Of a stretch of 64,000 nt of DNA, positions 57,792 to 64,000 are shown one piece after another. Source of the DNA: Candidatus Thorarchaeota archaeon (GTDB taxonomy: Archaea > Asgardarchaeota > Thorarchaeia > Thorarchaeales > Thorarchaeaceae); assembly GCA_003345595.1 (NCBI GenBank), contig PRDI01000058.1, forward strand, positions 1-64,000, given 5' to 3'. A program made the position numbers and the translations under genes. Each line of letters starts with the position of its first letter. Position 1 is the first letter of the stretch. Below the pieces are notes generated by a model that saw nothing but the letters and a program-made list of their open reading frames with translations, searched no databases and was not told where the DNA came from.

Positions 57792-58856
57792 ATGAAGCTA
57801 AGGGATTTCATCCTGAGGAGAGTTCTACTTGCTATACCAGTTATCTTTGGCGTACTTACGATAACTTGGTTCTTGTCTTATGTTGTGGGAGACCCGTTGG
57901 CCATGTTCATAACAGAACGGACCAATCCGGCGGCCATCCCCGGAATAATCCAGGATCATGGGTTTAACGAGCCTCTGGTCATTCAATACTTCCTGTACTT
58001 GAGAACCCTGCTGGCTGGCGACTGGGGCGTGAGCTACTCAACGGGTGGTGATCTGCCAGTTCTTACTGTCATCGCACGCAAGTTTCCGGCTACAATCGAG
58101 CTTGCCATTGTCGCCATGGTCTTTGCGGTAATTCTTGGCGTTCCTCTCGGCATACTCTCGGCCACAAGGAAGGACAAGCCGATTGATCACTTCACGCGAG
58201 TCTTCTCCCTAGCTGGCGTTTCAATGCCAATTTTCTGGTTCGCTCTCCTGCTGAAGTATGTCTTATTCTATCAGTTCTCTGTTTGGGGCCTACCCTACCT
58301 ACCCTCGGGCGATAGAGTGGACAATGAGTTGTGGAAGACTGTTCTCCATAATGGAGTCGGCTACGATTTCACCAGCAGCATAACTGGGTTTGTTCTTGTC
58401 GATTCCTTGCTGTATGGCCAGCCCATCCTGTTTGGGGATGCCGTGCTGCATCTTATTATGCCAGGTTTCTGCTTGGGCTATCTGACGCTTGCTATCATCA
58501 CGAGAATGATGCGTTCAAGTATGCTAGAGGTCATGAAGGAAGACTATATCACGTTAGCACGGTCCAAGGGGCTCACCGAACGCATTGTGATATACAGGCA
58601 CGCTTTGAGAAATGCACTGATTCCGACGGTGACAGTCATTGGCTTGGCATTTGGAGGTCTTATGTCAGGTGCTGTATTGACGGAAACTATCTTCAACTGG
58701 CCTGGTCTGGGCCGATGGGCGACGCAGGCAATTCTAGTTTCAGACATGGCTGCGATCAACGGCTTCGTGCTCCTAGTGGCCTTCATCTTCGTAAGCGCGA
58801 ATCTGATAGTCGACTTGACATATGGAGCGCTTGATCCTCGCATAAGGTACGGATAG
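57792..58856 (+). CDS. oppB: Oligopeptide ABC transporter permease
   Basis: FPATIELA, DYITLARSKGL...HALRNA and ETIFNWPGLG motifs. Confidence 0.94.
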   Translation: MKLRDFILRRVLLAIPVIFGVLTITWFLSYVVGDPLAMFITERTNPAAIPGIIQDHGFNEPLVIQYFLYLRTLLAGDWGVSYSTGGDLPVLTVIARKFPATIELAIVAMVFAVILGVPLGILSATRKDKPIDHFTRVFSLAGVSMPIFWFALLLKYVLFYQFSVWGLPYLPSGDRVDNELWKTVLHNGVGYDFTSSITGFVLVDSLLYGQPILFGDAVLHLIMPGFCLGYLTLAIITRMMRSSMLEVMKEDYITLARSKGLTERIVIYRHALRNALIPTVTVIGLAFGGLMSGAVLTETIFNWPGLGRWATQAILVSDMAAINGFVLLVAFIFVSANLIVDLTYGALDPRIRYG

Positions 58857-58868
58857 GAGAAGAGATCG

Positions 58869-60614
58869 ATGACCGTCAGAGGAGACAATGGCAACGATCA
58901 AGGAGAACAAGAATCAATCGTTGTGCCGGGACTGGTTCACAGAGTCTTTCCGTCCCTCCATATTGTTCTGTGCCTCGCAGCGATATCTCTTGGTGCTGCG
59001 TACTTAGTAGGCAATTTCGTTGCCTGGTTCGCGAACTCGTTCATGCATGAACTGGGGTTCCAGCTTCCATCGCTGCTGATTGGCTGGCCACTTCAGGCAT
59101 TGCTGCTTGTCGTGATTGGCTACATGAACCTGAAATCTGGCAGAGCGATTTCTAGAGGGGACGCTTGGGCATATTCATCGTCGCTCTACATGAATGCCGT
59201 CACTGGCGTGATTCTGCTTACCATAGGACCATTGGGGCTGCTACCTGCGGTTGGCGTCTTCGCACTGGTGCTTGCGTTGTTTGCGCCCAGTGTGAAGTCC
59301 TACTGGTACAGGGAGTTCCGGGAAGACATGGGACCTCGCGGCAAGGAGTTGAGATTCAGTTTCCACCTTCTTCGCAGAAGCCCCCTTGTCATCGTTGGGA
59401 TTCTGATTGTAGCCGGGTATATTAGCGTCGCATTTCTAGCCCCGTGGATCACACCCTACGGGCCAGAGGAACGTATCTGGAACGATGCGAATCTGGCTCC
59501 CGGCACGCCCGCAGGAGAAGCGAAGGCCAATTCTCTGATACTGTTCAGTAACTACTCAGCAGACATCAGCATTTACCCCGAGTATACGAGGGGAGAGGTT
59601 CAGGTCGGTCCAGAAGAAGTGACCACTTCGTTACCTCCGATTATCGCGTTTTCTGGCTACGTTCGTGACACGGGTAACGACAATCTGACTAATGTCCTAG
59701 TACACACCGCAGTCTACAAACTGAACTTGACAACTTTCGATTCTCTTAGTCCGAGCCTGCGAGAATTGTACCTCGTCAAGTCAGTAGAAAAGGCCATGCT
59801 ATCGCGTCCGAACATAGAAGTGAACAATTCGCCTTCGACCTATGTCTGGGTTGTCTGGTTCGTCGCCAGCAACAAGACTGTGCCGTGGATTGTGGACACG
59901 GTTGTCACCTTGGACTACAATCGGTACTACCCCATTCACTACTGGGGGACAGACAACTCAGGTGGCGACATATACAGTCGCATTATATGGGCTGCTCAGG
60001 TCGACTTGAGAGTATCTCTCAGTGTTGTGCTTGTGGCGTTGGCATCAGGTGCTCTAATCGGAGCTGCATCGGGCTACTTTGGCGGCAAGCTGGATGAAAT
60101 GGTGATGAGAATCACTGACATATTCTTCGCCTTCCCCGGCTTGATTCTAGCCATGGCCATTGTAATGGCCTTGGGCACTCGTAATCTTGAGAACATATCT
60201 TATGCACTGATGATCACTTGGTGGCCAGTCTACGCAAGAGTAGTACGTGGGCAGGTTCTTTCGGAAAGGGAGAAGCTTTATGTCGAAGCTGCTCGTTCAA
60301 TTGGAGCAAGTGATAGCCGGATCCTGCTTTCTCACATAATTCCCAATACTATCCAACCATTGATTGTGCAGGCCACAATGGATACTGGCGGTGTCCTCCT
60401 GACAGCCGCAGGACTCTCCTTCATAGGGTTCGGTTCCGCCGCTGGCACTGCAGAATGGGGCCTGATGATCTCGCAGGGGCAATATTACCTGCTCAATTAT
60501 CCATGGGAGTGCATGTTTCCGGGGGTGGCCATACTCATGATAGCATTGGCTCTGAATCTCGTTGGTGATGGGATTCGTGACATCCTCGATCCCAAGCTAA
60601 GGCGGAGAGGGTGA
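58869..60614 (+). CDS. oppC: Oligopeptide ABC transporter permease with N-terminal TM extension and large loop insertion
   Basis: HYWGTDNSGGDIYSR, YVEAARSIGAS, EWGLMI and GDGIRDILDP motifs; 581 aa. Confidence 0.92.
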   Translation: MTVRGDNGNDQGEQESIVVPGLVHRVFPSLHIVLCLAAISLGAAYLVGNFVAWFANSFMHELGFQLPSLLIGWPLQALLLVVIGYMNLKSGRAISRGDAWAYSSSLYMNAVTGVILLTIGPLGLLPAVGVFALVLALFAPSVKSYWYREFREDMGPRGKELRFSFHLLRRSPLVIVGILIVAGYISVAFLAPWITPYGPEERIWNDANLAPGTPAGEAKANSLILFSNYSADISIYPEYTRGEVQVGPEEVTTSLPPIIAFSGYVRDTGNDNLTNVLVHTAVYKLNLTTFDSLSPSLRELYLVKSVEKAMLSRPNIEVNNSPSTYVWVVWFVASNKTVPWIVDTVVTLDYNRYYPIHYWGTDNSGGDIYSRIIWAAQVDLRVSLSVVLVALASGALIGAASGYFGGKLDEMVMRITDIFFAFPGLILAMAIVMALGTRNLENISYALMITWWPVYARVVRGQVLSEREKLYVEAARSIGASDSRILLSHIIPNTIQPLIVQATMDTGGVLLTAAGLSFIGFGSAAGTAEWGLMISQGQYYLLNYPWECMFPGVAILMIALALNLVGDGIRDILDPKLRRRG

Positions 60615-60620
60615 GCATAA

Positions 60621-61781
60621 ATGTCTCAGTCTCAAGACCTTGTGCTTTCCATAAAAGGCCTGACGACGAATTTCTACACCTACGAAGGTGTCGTCAAAGC
60701 ACTCGATGGCATCGAGCTCAGCCTCAAGCGGGGTGACACCATGGGCGTAGTCGGTGAAACCGGTTGCGGCAAGTCAGTCACCGCCAAGTGCGTTCTTAGG
60801 CTTATTGAGCCGCCAGGTCGCATTGACGGGGGTCAGATCCTTTTCTATGACCGGGACCCCAAGACGGGTGAAACCCAAGAGACTGACATCGTCCAGCTTA
60901 CTCCTCTGGAGATGCTGAGCATACGTGGAAACAGGATTGCAATCGTCTTCCAGGATCCCGCGACTTATCCAAACCCTGTCTTCAGGATCGGTGCACAGAT
61001 AGCAGAGGTTGTGACGTTGCACCAGGACCTGGGAAGAGAGGCCCTGGAAGTGAGGATTAAGGAGCTGGAGGAGTCTCTCAAGAACTCCCCTTCGCCCGAA
61101 CATCAAGCCAAAATCAGAGAGCAGATTGAACACTACGTGTCGATGCTGGAGAACCCGCCCAAGCCAGATCGCAAATACGCGCGAAAAGCCGCTTGGGCCA
61201 AGGCTGTCGATATGCTTAGACTCGTAAGGATGCCTTCTCCCGATCAGATCGCCAACCAGTATCCACATGAGCTTTCTGGGGGCATGAGGCAACGAGCACT
61301 CATCGCGATGGCGCTGGCCTGCAATCCATCCATTCTCATTTGTGACGAGGCAACGACGGCCTTGGACGTTACTGTTCAGGCCCAAGTTCTCAATCTTCTG
61401 AACATACTCAAGAAGGAGATAGGCGCTTCAATCTTGATAATCACGCATGACCTTGGTGTTGTTGCTGAAACGTGCAACTCGGTCACTGTGATGTATGCAG
61501 GGACGACAGTGGAGTCAGCTGGTACGAAACAGTTGTTTGAGAATCCGGTGCATCCATACACAATTGGTCTTCTCACTGCGATTCCAAAGCTCCATGAGAA
61601 CAAGGAGCGGCTGGATCAAATACCGGGTACGGTTCCGAACTTGATCAATCCGCCAACAGGCTGCAGATTCCATCCGAGATGTGCGTTCGCGACAGACATA
61701 TGCGTGAGTGATAGACCTTCTCTTGAGGAAGTCCTGCCCGGGCACTACGTAGCCTGCCATCATCCGCAAGGGAATCTATGA
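60621..61781 (+). CDS. oppD: Oligopeptide ABC transporter ATP-binding protein
   Basis: GETGCGKS, YPHELSGGMRQR, DEATTALD and GCRFHPRC motifs. Confidence 0.95.
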   Translation: MSQSQDLVLSIKGLTTNFYTYEGVVKALDGIELSLKRGDTMGVVGETGCGKSVTAKCVLRLIEPPGRIDGGQILFYDRDPKTGETQETDIVQLTPLEMLSIRGNRIAIVFQDPATYPNPVFRIGAQIAEVVTLHQDLGREALEVRIKELEESLKNSPSPEHQAKIREQIEHYVSMLENPPKPDRKYARKAAWAKAVDMLRLVRMPSPDQIANQYPHELSGGMRQRALIAMALACNPSILICDEATTALDVTVQAQVLNLLNILKKEIGASILIITHDLGVVAETCNSVTVMYAGTTVESAGTKQLFENPVHPYTIGLLTAIPKLHENKERLDQIPGTVPNLINPPTGCRFHPRCAFATDICVSDRPSLEEVLPGHYVACHHPQGNL

Positions 61782-61794
61782 GGAGGAGCAAAGC

Positions 61795-62829
61795 ATGTCA
61801 GATTCGAGAGTTCTACTCAGCATTGAGAACCTCAAGAAATACTTCCCGCTGACAGGAGGAGTATTCAGAAAGGTCATAGGTATGGTACACGCTGTCGATG
61901 ATGTTACTTTGGACATATATCGCGGGGAAACCATAGGCGTGGTCGGTGAGTCGGGATGTGGAAAGACGACACTGGGCAGGACAATCCTTAGACTGCTTGA
62001 TGCGACCGCCGGGAAGATTACTTTCATGGGCAGAGACATAACGCATGTCAAAGGGTCCGATCTTCGCGCAATAAGACGTGAGATGCAGATAGTCTTCCAA
62101 GACCCGATGGCCTCTCTTGATCCTCGAGTAACAATAAAGAACAGTGTTGGGGAACCTCTGCTGATAAATGGCGTTGCTCGAGGACCGAGGATGCGGGCCA
62201 TGGTCCTGGATTTGCTTCAAAAGGTTGGTCTGACTGAAGACCATCTCAATCGGTTCCCACACGAGTTCAGCGGTGGTCAGAGACAGAGGATATGCATAGC
62301 CCGTACTCTGGCACTGAATCCAAAGTTCGTCGTGATGGATGAGCCCACGTCGAGCACAGACGTATCCGTGCAGGCCCAGACACTCAACCTCATGAAGGAC
62401 CTTCAGGACGAGTTTGGTCTCACGTACATGTTCATCAGCCACAATCTGAGCGTCGTGAAGCACATGAGTGACCGACTTGCGGTCATGTACTTGGGGAAGA
62501 TTGTCGAGCTGACTCCAGAAGACATCTTCCGGAAACCGCTGCATCCCTACACGTTCGCATTGGTGTCTGCGGTTCCAGTCCCAGACCCTCGATTCTCCGG
62601 CAGAGCAGTGATACTGAGCGGCGAGGTCCCCAGCCCTATCAACCCGCCGACAGGCTGCCGCTTCCATCCAAGATGCATCTTCGCGCAGGAAATCTGTAGC
62701 TCGGAGGAGCCGCTACTGAGAGATATGGGCGACGGCCATCTTGTTGCCTGCCACTTTGCCGGAGAGTTGGACTTCGGCAGAAGTGCTCAAATGGAGTATG
62801 CTCGGGCCGCAGAGGCAGAGGCCAGCTAG
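61795..62829 (+). CDS. oppF: Oligopeptide ABC transporter ATP-binding protein
   Basis: GESGCGKT, FPHEFSGGQRQR and GCRFHPRC motifs. Confidence 0.95.
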   Translation: MSDSRVLLSIENLKKYFPLTGGVFRKVIGMVHAVDDVTLDIYRGETIGVVGESGCGKTTLGRTILRLLDATAGKITFMGRDITHVKGSDLRAIRREMQIVFQDPMASLDPRVTIKNSVGEPLLINGVARGPRMRAMVLDLLQKVGLTEDHLNRFPHEFSGGQRQRICIARTLALNPKFVVMDEPTSSTDVSVQAQTLNLMKDLQDEFGLTYMFISHNLSVVKHMSDRLAVMYLGKIVELTPEDIFRKPLHPYTFALVSAVPVPDPRFSGRAVILSGEVPSPINPPTGCRFHPRCIFAQEICSSEEPLLRDMGDGHLVACHFAGELDFGRSAQMEYARAAEAEAS

Positions 62830-62890
62830 TTGTTGCGAACTGTTCTCGTCAACAGCTCGGATGGCTTTACGACAAAAGTGAGTGCTTAAC

Positions 62891-63118
62891 ATGAGCGAAG
62901 AAACCAGACCAGACCACGAGGAGCCCGTAAGCTCAGACGATGCTGATGTAGACTGGAAAGGCATTGCCTTTCGGCAAGAGTCTGGAACTGAGTACGCGCA
63001 CCTTGACGCCAAGGACTACGTAGCTTTGTTCATCGCCTCATTGGAAACTATTTTCCTGCCGCTTGTCATCCTTGCCATCCTGCTCCTCGTTCTTGGAGCA
63101 GTCTTCATCTTCATATGA
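62891..63118 (+). CDS. Small membrane protein, hypothetical
   Basis: Acidic N-terminus, LDAKDYVALFIA and a long C-terminal hydrophobic stretch. Confidence 0.65.
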   Translation: MSEETRPDHEEPVSSDDADVDWKGIAFRQESGTEYAHLDAKDYVALFIASLETIFLPLVILAILLLVLGAVFIFI

Positions 63119-63142
63119 TCCGGAGAATCTGGTGGTGGCTTA

Positions 63143-63487
63143 TTGCCCGGGCGATATCAGTTCATTCTTGAGGCCATAGCGATATCTTCAGTCATTGTCG
63201 TGGTTGACTTGCTCTTCGCCCTCTTGATACTAATCGGCCTTGCGGGAGCGTCACTGTTTCTCGTGGTTTCTAATGCTCTCACGATTGAATTCGGTGCCAT
63301 GCTTATTATCGGAGGCTGCCTGATGGCTCGACAACCGCTCGTGGACGAAAAGCGTTACGACAGTGCTGGCAAGCCTACTGCAGCTTGGAGATTTGCCTTG
63401 TTGGGCAAGCAGGTGCTGTTGTCTTCCATCTTCCTGCTCTTGTTTGGTCTCTTGTTTGCGCTGGCTCAGGTCGGTCTTGGAATATGA
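63143..63487 (+). CDS. Membrane protein, hypothetical (3 TM)
   Basis: Hydrophobic 114-aa ORF; SD GGTGGTGG before TTG. Confidence 0.65.
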   Translation: MPGRYQFILEAIAISSVIVVVDLLFALLILIGLAGASLFLVVSNALTIEFGAMLIIGGCLMARQPLVDEKRYDSAGKPTAAWRFALLGKQVLLSSIFLLLFGLLFALAQVGLGI

Positions 63488-63644
63488 CTTGAGGAAGAAG
63501 CGATAGCCTGTGTCAGGTGTCTTCGGATCTTATGGATTGCAGTCGAGCTTAGGTTTTGGCAGCAGGTCTCTGATTGCATCAGTGTTCCCTGCAGTGCTTT
63601 CTCCTCTTCTTGCCTTCTCTACTTACTATGTTCGGGTTTCTTGG

Positions 63645-63986
63645 TCAGCTCTCTTTGGGCTCAGGCTCACGTCTTCTTTTGAGAGCTGATATCAGCGTTT
63701 TGGGGAATACGTAGAAGATGAGGGATGCGACAAGGGCTACATACAGAAAAGCAAGAAGAAGGGAAGCGTCTGCGATCGCAGTGGCGGGATAAAGAATCAG
63801 ATACGCTGTTAGGATGGCAACGACGGCAGCAATGCCTTGAAACAACATGTCACCGAAGGGAGCCACGATTATGAACAGAAACCCTGCAGTCAGTGAAACC
63901 AGTGTCCATCTCGTTACACTCGCGTTTGCCAGTCGAACGCATGCGTAGTCCTCTCGAGTGAGAGCCCGAAGCTCCTGTTTCTCCAC
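63645..63986 (-). CDS. Membrane protein, hypothetical (may be 5'-truncated by the window edge)
   Basis: Three hydrophobic segments; the frame stays open to the end of the window. Confidence 0.6.
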   Translation of the reverse strand: MEKQELRALTREDYACVRLANASVTRWTLVSLTAGFLFIIVAPFGDMLFQGIAAVVAILTAYLILYPATAIADASLLLAFLYVALVASLIFYVFPKTLISALKRRREPEPKES

Positions 63987-64000
63987 AGCCGTAAGAAGGG

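Overview
Gene-dense archaeal chromosomal segment, most likely an Asgard archaeon, with Thorarchaeia as my best guess. This is inferred from archaeal PheRS, RadA, Topo VI, aRF1, geranylgeranyl reductase and CofE occurring alongside two Rab-like GTPases, a roadblock protein, a PH-like/zinc-ribbon protein and a p24/GOLD-like protein. I saw no rRNA, tRNA, CRISPR array or transposase. The two best candidates for undescribed systems are as follows. (1) A lipid-catabolic locus (~30.6-38.4 kb) built around one 1211-aa ORF that fuses a complete W/Mo aldehyde:ferredoxin oxidoreductase to a complete acyl-CoA synthetase. It is divergent from a MoaD/SAMP ending in GG-R, two SCP2 lipid carriers and a lysophospholipase, and it contains two decayed genes. 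(2) A CRISPR-less Cas4-like Fe-S nuclease (~2.8-4.4 kb) split into two overlapping genes. Each half carries a transmembrane helix at the split point, and the pair sits in a tightly coupled operon. Other notable items are a Topo VI with Lys-rich tails and two RadA-like HhH domains on the Spo11-type A subunit, a divergent short aRF1, tandem non-OTC transcarbamylases, a duplicated 2-TM membrane module, and several structured intergenic regions. All assignments come from motif recognition by eye; no searches were run. Many start codons were moved from the ORF track to more plausible downstream starts.
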